The translations under genes and the position numbers were made by a program. A model generated the notes under the pieces. The model was not told where the DNA came from. It worked only from the letters and a program-made list of their open reading frames with translations, and did not search any database. From Gammaproteobacteria bacterium (GTDB lineage: Bacteria > Pseudomonadota > Gammaproteobacteria > HTCC5015), in NCBI GenBank assembly GCA_965230615.1, contig OZ246012.1, forward strand, positions 3,877,511-3,901,510: a stretch of DNA of 24,000 nt, in the 5' to 3' direction. Of the stretch, positions 16,869-24,000 are shown piece by piece (within the stretch, counting starts at the first letter, position 1; each line of letters begins with the position of its first letter).

Positions 16869-17510
16869 CTAACCAGCCATTTTAATCCGCATGTCCGGGT
16901 TTAAGTGGTCCCATTGATTGACAATCTTGCAAAATAAATCAGCCGTCAGCTCTGCATCATATACTGCTGAGTGCGCTTCTTTGGCATCCCATTTTAATCC
17001 GGCAGCATCAGCGGCTCTGGCCAGAACAGTTTGACCATAAGCAAGCCCCGCTAAAGTGACAGTATCGAAGTTACTAAATGGGTGGAATGGATTGCGTTTA
17101 ATGCCAGTACGTTCAACAGCGGCATTAATAAAGCTTAAATCAAAAAAAGCATTGTGGCCGACCAAAATGGCCCGTGTACAACCATGTGCTTTTACTGCCT
17201 GACGTATTGGGGTGAAAATATAACCGAGCGCATCAGATTCTTTGCGTGCTGCTCGCAGAGGACTGTCAGGAATAATGCCATTAATTTCCAATGACTTGGG
17301 GTCGATATTGGCGCCAGGGAAAGGGTGTACATGTGTTGAAAAAGTATGCTCTGGTTTTATGATGCCATTGTCATCCATTGTGAGAATAACAGCGGCGACC
17401 TCAAGCAATGCATCGGTTTGGTGATTAAAGCCACCGGTTTCAACATCGACAATAATGGGTAAAAAGCCTCGGAAGCGGCGAGCAATTTTGGATTGATTAG
17501 TATTGGTCAT
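16869..17510 (-). CDS. rnt: Ribonuclease T (DEDDh 3'-5' exoribonuclease)
   Basis: Colinear with E. coli RNase T: RFRGF.P..VDVET.GFN..TDALLE.AA, VGHNA.FD.SF..AA.ER...KRNPFHPF, and HSA.YD.E.TA.LFC.IVN.W. ATG at 17510; the track start at 17516 is a TTG. Confidence 0.93.
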   Translation of the reverse strand: MTNTNQSKIARRFRGFLPIIVDVETGGFNHQTDALLEVAAVILTMDDNGIIKPEHTFSTHVHPFPGANIDPKSLEINGIIPDSPLRAARKESDALGYIFTPIRQAVKAHGCTRAILVGHNAFFDLSFINAAVERTGIKRNPFHPFSNFDTVTLAGLAYGQTVLARAADAAGLKWDAKEAHSAVYDAELTADLFCKIVNQWDHLNPDMRIKMAG

Positions 17511-17759
17511 GCACAAAGCATATACAAACAGCAGCCAAAAGCGAAGTGAATTGTGTTAATTGCTCAGGGAATAACGGTCTGAATAGTCACAATACTCATG
17601 ATCATTATTTTAATAATTTTAATATTACGCAAAGTGTGCTGGGCTCAGGCGTATCTTAGAGTTGCTTGATAGCCCTTAGACTCGTATTATCACCAAAGAT
17701 GAAATGCATTATCGCTTCTACTGATAGGTTGTGCGCGAATGGGCAAGAGGGAGGATAGT

Positions 17760-18434
17760 ATGAAACTTACTATAATGAAGGGAATACAAGGGTTGCTGGT
17801 TTGTGTGGTCTGCTATTTGGCAGCCTGCTCCTCTTCCAGTAGTAATAACAGTGACCCCATCGATAGTAGTGATGACACGGCTGATTCAGGCGCGGTCAAT
17901 AATATAGGGGGTAATGGTTGTGATAATTACCCGGATCAAAGTACTTCAGAATATGTTCTGCCCTGGCAAACAGGCCTAACGTTTACCGTCATGACGGGCA
18001 ACTGTGCAGCAGCAATTACGCACAGTGGCAATCGTCGCTATGCTTATGATTTTATCATGCCTTTTGGTACTGAAATTACGGCAGCCAGAGCCGGTGAAGT
18101 CATTCGTGTGGTTGACCATTTCGCTGACAATGACAGAACATTCACACATGAAAACCGGGTCTTTATTCGGCATGATGATGGTTCAATCGGCTTATATTTT
18201 CATATTATGCAAAATGGTTCTTTGGTCTCTGTAGGGGATCTCGTCAACCAGGGACAAATCATTGCAATACTGGGGACATCGGGTTCAATAGGCTCGGCAC
18301 AGATACCGCATTTGCATTTTGAAGTGGCTTCAGAAATAGCCCCGATTATTTCTATACCGGTGACTTTCCGCAATACACGGCCACATCCAAATGGCTTGAA
18401 TGTTGGTGAAGATTATACGGCGCTGTTTTTTTAA
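17760..18434 (+). CDS. M23-family metallopeptidase lipoprotein
   Basis: Strong RBS GGGAGG. Lipobox LAAC after a hydrophobic signal (MKLTIMKGIQGLLVCVVCYLAAC|SSS). M23 core: ITAARAGEV, IRHDDGSIGLYFHI, GQIIAILGTSG and PHLHFE. Confidence 0.85.
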   Translation: MKLTIMKGIQGLLVCVVCYLAACSSSSSNNSDPIDSSDDTADSGAVNNIGGNGCDNYPDQSTSEYVLPWQTGLTFTVMTGNCAAAITHSGNRRYAYDFIMPFGTEITAARAGEVIRVVDHFADNDRTFTHENRVFIRHDDGSIGLYFHIMQNGSLVSVGDLVNQGQIIAILGTSGSIGSAQIPHLHFEVASEIAPIISIPVTFRNTRPHPNGLNVGEDYTALFF

Positions 18435-18714
18435 CCTAGGCCTGATATACCCTTCTGATATGTGCGCAATACAATACATTGTTGTGCATCTTTCATAATG
18501 GCAGCCAGGATTTAGGCCCAGAGCTTGCTATTGGCAAGTATTTGTCTAGCAACGGCTTTGTTGTTAACTCTGTCGCGTTATCGTAAAACGCTGATGGTAG
18601 CTTTTCCATAATGACTGATTTACCCGTATAATAAGCGCCATTCATCGTTGCTTAAAAGGGACGGGCAGTCTTTTTTTAAGCGAATAAAGATCAAGTTCAA
18701 AAGTGGAGTCGTGC

Positions 18715-19119
18715 ATGGACTGTCCAAAATGTGGTTCCCCCAATATGACCCCTGCCAATTATGGCCGAGAGTATACAGTGCATCGCTGTGATGCTTGTAA
18801 AGCAATCTGGTTTCCTGAAGACTCATATAAAAAACTCAAAGAGGAGTGGATGTCACAGGCGCTTGATATAGGCGATCCTAAAGTGGGTAAGGAATATAAC
18901 AAGGTCACTAATATCAAAAGCCCGATTACTGGCAAACCTATGCGCTCTGTCGTTGATAAAAAGCAACCTCACATTCGTTATGAGCTTGATGAAGATGGGC
19001 ATGGTGCATTATTTGATGCGGGTGAGTTTACCGATTATGTTGAAGATACGGTATCTGACTTTTTCAAAAGCTTCTTTGCTCGGGTTAGTGGTAAGACTAA
19101 AAATATAGATAAAGAATAA
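18715..19119 (+). CDS. Zinc-ribbon (TFIIB-type zf, CPxC...CxxC) domain protein, function unknown
   Basis: MDCPKCGSPNM...HRCDACKAIWF is a four-Cys ribbon followed by the W-F-x-x-x-E/L-type tail of that family. GGAG lies 8 nt upstream of ATG 18715. Confidence 0.7.
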   Translation: MDCPKCGSPNMTPANYGREYTVHRCDACKAIWFPEDSYKKLKEEWMSQALDIGDPKVGKEYNKVTNIKSPITGKPMRSVVDKKQPHIRYELDEDGHGALFDAGEFTDYVEDTVSDFFKSFFARVSGKTKNIDKE

Positions 19120-19297
19120 CAGCAGTGTAATCAGGCTTGAATAAGGCCTGAGCAGTTTTTGCTCAAGCAAAGCCTTGCCTTGCTAAGATATTATTTTTTG
19201 ATGGCTTGCGAGCGCGTCACTTCTTCTCTGGCAGCTCAGACAGTATTTCGATTGCAAGTATTTCTAGGCTAATGCCTTGCCTTTAGTAGCGTAACAC

Positions 19298-19328
19298 AGC
19301 CCCGCTGATGACAGGCGGGGCTGTTTTG
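19298..19328. terminator. GC-rich hairpin with T-run; strand assignment ambiguous
   Basis: CAGCCCCGC (19298-19306) pairs with GCGGGGCTG (19316-19324) across a 9-nt loop, followed by TTTT on the plus strand (19325-19328). On the minus strand it lies about 20 nt after the FecR-domain gene stop, but the T-run there is poor (CTGTGTT). Confidence 0.55.
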
Positions 19329-19344
19329 ATCATGATTGTGCGGT

Positions 19345-20106
19345 TTAGTAACCACGACGTGGTGCATTGTAATCCACGTCTGAAACACTATAAGGCGTTG
19401 TACGGCCGACAAGTTCTTCGATTAGCATCAATTCCATATCCGTGTGGTTTTTAAATGGTGCCTTGCGGATACGTTTACCTTTTGCACCCTTTGCCAGAAT
19501 ATAGCGAGGTGCATCATGTCGTTTAGACGCGATAGATTCTCTACTGCTTGGATCTGTTGTCGATGCCAGGCTAGTAACACCATAGCAAGTACAGATATAA
19601 CTACGATCAGGCTCTGCTTCAAAATAGACACCGGTACCCCGGATACCAATCGTTGCTGTACTGGTGGCTACCGATAGGCCGCGTTCTTTTTTCTTGCGTT
19701 TGCCGAATACTGAGAGCAATTTGCCAGTGACCAGGCGGAGGTTATTGAGTAACAGACCTGTACCAGACAGTTTCAGCTTACTGTTACTGCGCATAATAAA
19801 GGCATCTTTGCCGACCACAAAGACAACCTGGCTTTTTTTGCCGGTCTCAACTGTATCGTTGACTTTGATTAGGGTATCTTTATCAGCGGCTTTGCCATTA
19901 ACGCGCACTGCGCCTTTGATATCAAAAATAGATTTGCCAGGCGGTACTTTGCGCGGCACTTTACCAAAGATGGATGCCTCGGCTGTACTAGCTGGAACCA
20001 TCAAGCCTGCAGTGCCTGTTGCGACAAACGCACCGGCGGTTAATGCATCCACTAAAAACTCTCTGCGTGGATCATCGATTTCTTCTTCGTCTCTCAATAT
20101 ATACAT
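19345..20106 (-). CDS. Tat-signal, FecR-domain periplasmic protein, function unknown
   Basis: AGAGG RBS. Twin-arginine motif DPRREFLVDALTAGAFVATGTAGLMVPASTAEA. FecR-type beta fold signatures: IKGAVRVNGKAA..DTLIKVNDTVETGKKSQVVFVVGKDAFIMRSNSKLKL and VATSTATIGIRGTGVYFE. There is no anti-sigma N-terminal domain or TM segment. Confidence 0.75.
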   Translation of the reverse strand: MYILRDEEEIDDPRREFLVDALTAGAFVATGTAGLMVPASTAEASIFGKVPRKVPPGKSIFDIKGAVRVNGKAADKDTLIKVNDTVETGKKSQVVFVVGKDAFIMRSNSKLKLSGTGLLLNNLRLVTGKLLSVFGKRKKKERGLSVATSTATIGIRGTGVYFEAEPDRSYICTCYGVTSLASTTDPSSRESIASKRHDAPRYILAKGAKGKRIRKAPFKNHTDMELMLIEELVGRTTPYSVSDVDYNAPRRGY

Positions 20107-20523
20107 AACGTTTGCCTCTAAGGTTTACCCACAACTATATCCTGGTACATATTAACGGATTTTTCCGTGACTGCTGTCACCGCGTAACAATACGTGTCGC
20201 TAACTATGTCATAAAACATTCTGCCGCTCCAATCATTAAAATGTATGAGACGACAGCTTTTCAAGTGCTCAAACTGACATAAGGCGTTATTGAGTGGCAA
20301 TGGTCAGTATGAACGGGTTCTCCTTTTTAGCGGCTGTTTTAACACATTTGTGACAGCGTAGATGAGTTTTTTGGGTGCGACTCATCCGTTTGGCTGATGT
20401 AATATAGCGGTAAATACGCTAGTGTTTGCTAACTCGTTGATTTTTCTTGATTTGTGATGAGATTGGCATTTTAGACGTTTTAAGGAAAAAGTGTCTTTTC
20501 CCCTTTACTGCAAGGTAAATTTT

Positions 20524-20537
20524 ACGTATTAATACGT
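20524..20537. promoter_or_regulatory. Perfect 14-bp palindrome ACGTATTAATACGT (candidate operator) in the FecR/adhesin divergent region
   Basis: Read directly. It is flanked by GGTAA (20514-20518) and TTACC (20537-20541), which extend the dyad with a 5-nt bulge. It lies about 245 bp upstream of the adhesin ATG. Confidence 0.3.
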
Positions 20538-20782
20538 TACCATAGTACTAGGGATAAACGGATGCTCTGCAGGAAGCTAAGGGCTTTATTGTCATGGCGT
20601 CAGTGTTTCGGGCGCATGATGTGTTAAAAATTTTGTATAGTGTTTGTTGCCTATTTGTGCTCATGACCTTGCTTAGTTTGGTTCTAAGTAAATTCAGATG
20701 TTAGCCGCCAGGGATTCAAACCTATTAAAACGAAGGTTGTGTTGGCCAGCACAATTGAGTCGGTGACCTGAGGGGCAGGGTT

Positions 20783-23700
20783 ATGAAAGTTTTACGAAAT
20801 AAGCAGACCATATTAGGTCTTATCCTTTTTCTATTCATGGTTGCCAGCAGCCAGCAGGTACTTGCACGTAGCGGCGGGATCACAGGTGAATCCACCGCGC
20901 CTGGCTGTAGCAGTGGCGGTTGCCATGGCAGTGCCCGGTCCCACTATACGGGGCAACTGACAATCGGTGGCAGTACAGCGACGACCAATGCCAATCATGG
21001 CGATAACCTGTCTGTTACTTTCAGGCTTTTTGAAGGCTCCGCCGGTAGTAATGCGTCTGCTGGTGGTTTCAATGTGTCAGCCAGTGGGGGCACACTCTCG
21101 GAAAACTCGGCGACCATTGATGATAACGGTTGTGGCTGCGGTGAGTTAACACATACCACGCCCAGAGCGACCAATGGCAGCGGCGAGGTAAGCTGGGGTT
21201 TTACTTGGACGGCACCTGCTTCACAAAGTGGTACCTTTTTTATTAGAGCTTGTGGTAACCCTGTTGATAATGACGGTAGTGGCACGGGAGATGATGGCCC
21301 AGCGCGTTGCGATACCCATACTGTGGTCGTGGCAAATGACCCGCCGGTTATATCAGGTGTTAATGGTACGCTGACTTATAATGAAAATGCCTCCGCACAA
21401 ACTGTCGACTCAACAATTACTTTGTCAGATGTCGATAATACCCAGCTCAATCGAGCAGAAATAAATATCTCATCAAACTGCAATTTGTCCCAGGATGTAT
21501 TGTCATTCAATTCATGTCCGGGCGGTTTGTCTTGCTCGGTTGTTAATGGTTGTTCCTTAACGATAACAGGGAATGCGTCTTTGGCTTCCTATGATAGCGC
21601 CTTGCAGGGCGTGCGTTACCGCAATACATCGAATGCGCCATCTACCGCCACGCGTACTATCAGAATGCGTGTTAGAGATACTAACAATAACTTTAGTTCT
21701 TATGACAGCAAATCAATTAATGTAGTCCAATCAAATGATGCGCCGGTTATCGGCGGAGCCAACCCAAGAAATATTTTTACTCCTGAAAACACAACCTCTC
21801 CTAACTTAGCGTTGACAGCCAGTGATGTTGATGGCAACACCTTAACATGGAGTGTTTCTTCGGGGCCGAGTAATGGTTCGGTATCGGGTGCTTCAGGCAC
21901 AGGTACTTCCAAGAACATCACCTATACACCGAGCATGGGGTTCAGTGGTAACGATAGTTTTGTGGTGCGAGTCACTGATAATGGCACTAACCCATCAAAC
22001 CGTACAGATACGGTGACTGTTAATGTCTCGGTCAGTGAAGTTGATGACCCACCAGTGATTGCACAAGGCACTAATGTTGCTGTGGTGATGGATGAAGACA
22101 GTTCGCCAACCGCATTTAACCTGACGCTGAATGCCAGTGATGATGAGGGCGATACTATCAATTGGTCTATTATGAGTCAGGCTATCAATGGTACGGCCAG
22201 TGCAACAGGCTCAGGTACTAGCAAAGTCATTAACTATACGCCTAACCTAAATCATAACGGTAGTGATTCGTTTATCGTACGCGCAAGCGATGATACATTC
22301 ACGGGCAATGATACTGACGATATTGTCGTGAATATCACACTTAATCCACGACCAGATGATCCAATAGCGCAAAACGACACTTTTAACGTACCTGTTAATA
22401 GCACGAATAATGAGCTCAATGTATTAGCCAATGATACAGATCCCGATTTAGGTAATGGCGATAGCATTTCGATTACAGCCGTCACCACACCTGATGGTGG
22501 TGGTTCAGCTGTAATTGGTAGTCCATGTGCTGCTAACACAATTTGTTACACCCCGCCGGCTGATACCACCAGTTCGGAGTCCTTTAGTTACACCATACAA
22601 GATTCAACAGGCCGCAGCAGTAATGCGACTGTGATGATGTCACCAACCGATACTGATAGTGATGGGGTTATTGATTTTCTGGATAACTGTCCAACAGACG
22701 CCAACCCGGATCAGCTTGATACCGATGGCGATAACGCCGGGAATGCTTGTGATGATGACGATGATGGCGACGGTATGCCAGATAGTTATGAAACTGCCAA
22801 TGGTTTCAATCCGCTCGATGCAGCAGATGGCGCTTTAGATGCAGATGGCGATGGTGTTAGTAATGCAGATGAGTTTTTAGCAGGTACTGATCCAAACCTG
22901 GATGATGTGCCACCTAACTTGAACGGCATAGAAGATAAGCTGTTAGATGCAGTCGGCTTTTTAACACCTGTTGATTTAGGTGTTATCTCAGCGATTGATG
23001 CGGCCGACGGTAATCGCAGTGTGAATATCACTGCAATTACGGGTTCGACAATATTAAGCCAGGCGCAAGCTGGTCTGTTTCGTCCTGGGCGTACGGTGAT
23101 AACGCGCGAGGCCTCTGATTTGAGTGGTAATACAGTGATGGTTGATCAAACGATTGATATCAGACCGCTTATGAATTTTACCACTGATCTCACTGTTGCC
23201 GAAGGTAGTGCTATTCAGGCGACTGTTGTGCTTAACGGTGAGGCACCGCAGTATCCGGTAACAGTTGACTACACAGTCGCAGGCAGTGCCGATGCAAGTG
23301 ATCATGATTTGCTAAGTGGTACCTTATCAATTGCCACTGGCACAAGCGCTAGCATACCGATGAATATTCTCGCTGATGCAGCCGCAGAACTTGATGAGAC
23401 AATCACAATTGCTTTATCAAATCCTGTGAATGCAGTGTTGGGTGTTAAGCCGGACTTTGTAGTCACTATTTCTGAGAACAATATCGCACCGCAAGTCAGC
23501 TTGTCGGCCTTGCAGGCCGGTGTGAATGGCTCTTTATTAACAACCGGTCGTGGTACAGTATTGGTGAATGCAACGGCGACTGATGCCAATGCAGGTAGTT
23601 CATTTAGCTATCAATGGCAGGCTACCGATAATGCGATTACACCAAGCAGTGGTGGCGGGCCATCTGATGCCTTTTTTGAGTTTGACCCTGCCAGCTTGTC

Positions 23701-24000
23701 GGCGGGTGTGTATGAAATTATTGTTGATGTGACCGATAGTGGCTTGGCCGGTGCTTCAACCTTGACTTCAAGGGCAGCGATTCTCTTGCATCTACAGGCC
23801 AGTGCGCCAGTATTAGGTGCTGTTGATAGTGATGGTGATGGTGTCAACGACGACAGCGAAACGTATCAGGATATTGATAATGATGGTGTGCCAAACCATC
23901 TTGACCTGTTTGATCAGACTGAAACATCGCACTTTATCCAGAACCAGACAGGTAATATAAGCGACACCAGCTTTTTGCAAACTGAGTTTGGTTTAGCTTT
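20783..24000 (+). CDS. Giant secreted mosaic adhesin-like protein (Cys/His head, cadherin-like x4, TSP type-3, HYR-like, Calx-beta-like, PKD-like); 5' part only, continues past the window
   Basis: Hand translation from ATG 20783 (GAGGGG upstream) gives 1072 codons with no stop to the window end. Sec signal [28 protein letters not shown]|RS. Repeated module openings are NDPPVI, NDAPVI, DDPPVI and DDPIAQ. TSP3 repeats: [45 protein letters not shown]. Calx-beta-like segment: [25 protein letters not shown]...[11 protein letters not shown]. It is absent from the ORF track only because it is open-ended. Confidence 0.9.
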   Translation, partial: MKVLRNKQTILGLILFLFMVASSQQVLARSGGITGESTAPGCSSGGCHGSARSHYTGQLTIGGSTATTNANHGDNLSVTFRLFEGSAGSNASAGGFNVSASGGTLSENSATIDDNGCGCGELTHTTPRATNGSGEVSWGFTWTAPASQSGTFFIRACGNPVDNDGSGTGDDGPARCDTHTVVVANDPPVISGVNGTLTYNENASAQTVDSTITLSDVDNTQLNRAEINISSNCNLSQDVLSFNSCPGGLSCSVVNGCSLTITGNASLASYDSALQGVRYRNTSNAPSTATRTIRMRVRDTNNNFSSYDSKSINVVQSNDAPVIGGANPRNIFTPENTTSPNLALTASDVDGNTLTWSVSSGPSNGSVSGASGTGTSKNITYTPSMGFSGNDSFVVRVTDNGTNPSNRTDTVTVNVSVSEVDDPPVIAQGTNVAVVMDEDSSPTAFNLTLNASDDEGDTINWSIMSQAINGTASATGSGTSKVINYTPNLNHNGSDSFIVRASDDTFTGNDTDDIVVNITLNPRPDDPIAQNDTFNVPVNSTNNELNVLANDTDPDLGNGDSISITAVTTPDGGGSAVIGSPCAANTICYTPPADTTSSESFSYTIQDSTGRSSNATVMMSPTDTDSDGVIDFLDNCPTDANPDQLDTDGDNAGNACDDDDDGDGMPDSYETANGFNPLDAADGALDADGDGVSNADEFLAGTDPNLDDVPPNLNGIEDKLLDAVGFLTPVDLGVISAIDAADGNRSVNITAITGSTILSQAQAGLFRPGRTVITREASDLSGNTVMVDQTIDIRPLMNFTTDLTVAEGSAIQATVVLNGEAPQYPVTVDYTVAGSADASDHDLLSGTLSIATGTSASIPMNILADAAAELDETITIALSNPVNAVLGVKPDFVVTISENNIAPQVSLSALQAGVNGSLLTTGRGTVLVNATATDANAGSSFSYQWQATDNAITPSSGGGPSDAFFEFDPASLSAGVYEIIVDVTDSGLAGASTLTSRAAILLHLQASAPVLGAVDSDGDGVNDDSETYQDIDNDGVPNHLDLFDQTETSHFIQNQTGNISDTSFLQTEFGLA

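Noticed and set aside
20118-20300. 60-aa minus-strand ORF just upstream of the FecR-domain gene
   Set aside because: It has no Shine-Dalgarno sequence and an odd composition, and it would sit in the promoter region of the FecR-domain gene. Treated as non-coding.
20594-20704. 36-codon plus-strand ORF (MASVFRAHDVLKILYSVCCLFVLMTLLSLVLSKFRC) with a hydrophobic core
   Set aside because: The only purine-rich stretch (AAGGG) is about 13 nt from the ATG, and I have no conservation evidence. I mention it only as something a ribosome-profiling dataset could revisit.
20711-20722. GGGATTCAAACC, reminiscent of a tRNA T-arm or an att-site remnant
   Set aside because: No acceptor, D or anticodon arms can be built around it. 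No integrase or direct repeat is nearby.
20737-20757. Sigma-54 promoter-like TGGCCAGCACAATTGA
   Set aside because: The -24 GG is present, but the -12 element reads TG instead of the conserved GC. The sequence is better described as an imperfect palindrome or hairpin.
20301-20782. c-di-GMP (GEMM-I/II) or other riboswitch upstream of the adhesin
   Set aside because: I looked for the conserved GEMM-I core (GGCAAACC ... GGGACGCAAAGCC), and for TPP and Mn-type cores, and found none. Only an Infernal/Rfam scan can settle this.
20995-23847. Eight minus-strand ORFs of 73-96 aa in the track (20995..21285, 21700..21921, 21922..22161, 22252..22539, 22786..23031, 23054..23305, 23302..23589, 23611..23847), plus the plus-strand 20967..21149 ORF
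   Set aside because: All lie inside the uninterrupted 1072-codon plus-strand frame that has clear domain content. Their translations are low-complexity S/P/A/L-rich antisense or off-frame shadows with no start context.
1-24000. CRISPR arrays, IS elements/transposases, integrases, prophage genes, toxin-antitoxin pairs, reverse transcriptases, and known defence-system signatures
   Set aside because: I scanned ORF translations and intergenic regions on both strands. I found no spaced direct-repeat arrays, no DDE/tyrosine/serine recombinase-like ORFs and no terminal inverted repeats. The only tandem repeat is the 3 x 10-bp unit at 11521-11550.

Overview
This window reads as a gammaproteobacterial-type chromosomal segment, mostly housekeeping genes, with one accessory-looking block at the right end. 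From left to right:

- **Arsenic pair (1-897, minus strand):** a NIP/AqpN-like aquaporin followed by a truncated LMW-PTP-type arsC. An orphan EgtD-like methyltransferase (1043-2053) is transcribed divergently.
- **Pho supercluster (2.2-10.2 kb, plus strand):** phoB, phoR, pstS, pstC, pstA, pstB and phoU are contiguous. Pho-box-like repeats sit upstream of phoB and pstS, and a strong hairpin lies between pstS and pstC.
- **10.4-14.6 kb (minus strand):** a LuxR-family regulator with a complete AHL-binding signature and no luxI in the window; argD-argF; a small His-containing 4-TM membrane protein preceded by a possible 25-codon hydrophobic peptide.
- **14.8-19.1 kb:** a lone hydantoinase-B/oxoprolinase-family gene, grxD, rnt, an M23 peptidase lipoprotein and a zinc-ribbon protein.
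- **19.3-24.0 kb:** a Tat-signal FecR-domain protein, a 676-bp ORF-free divergent intergenic region, and a very large plus-strand ORF of at least 1072 codons. That ORF is absent from the ORF track because it never closes inside the window. It encodes a mosaic secreted adhesin-like protein: a Cys/His head domain, four cadherin-like modules, thrombospondin type-3 repeats, and HYR-like, Calx-beta-like and PKD-like modules.

I found no CRISPR array, tRNA or rRNA gene, transposase, integrase, toxin-antitoxin pair or recognisable defence system. The right-end block is the only place where something undescribed seems plausible to me. That is inference from hand translation only; no database search was possible.
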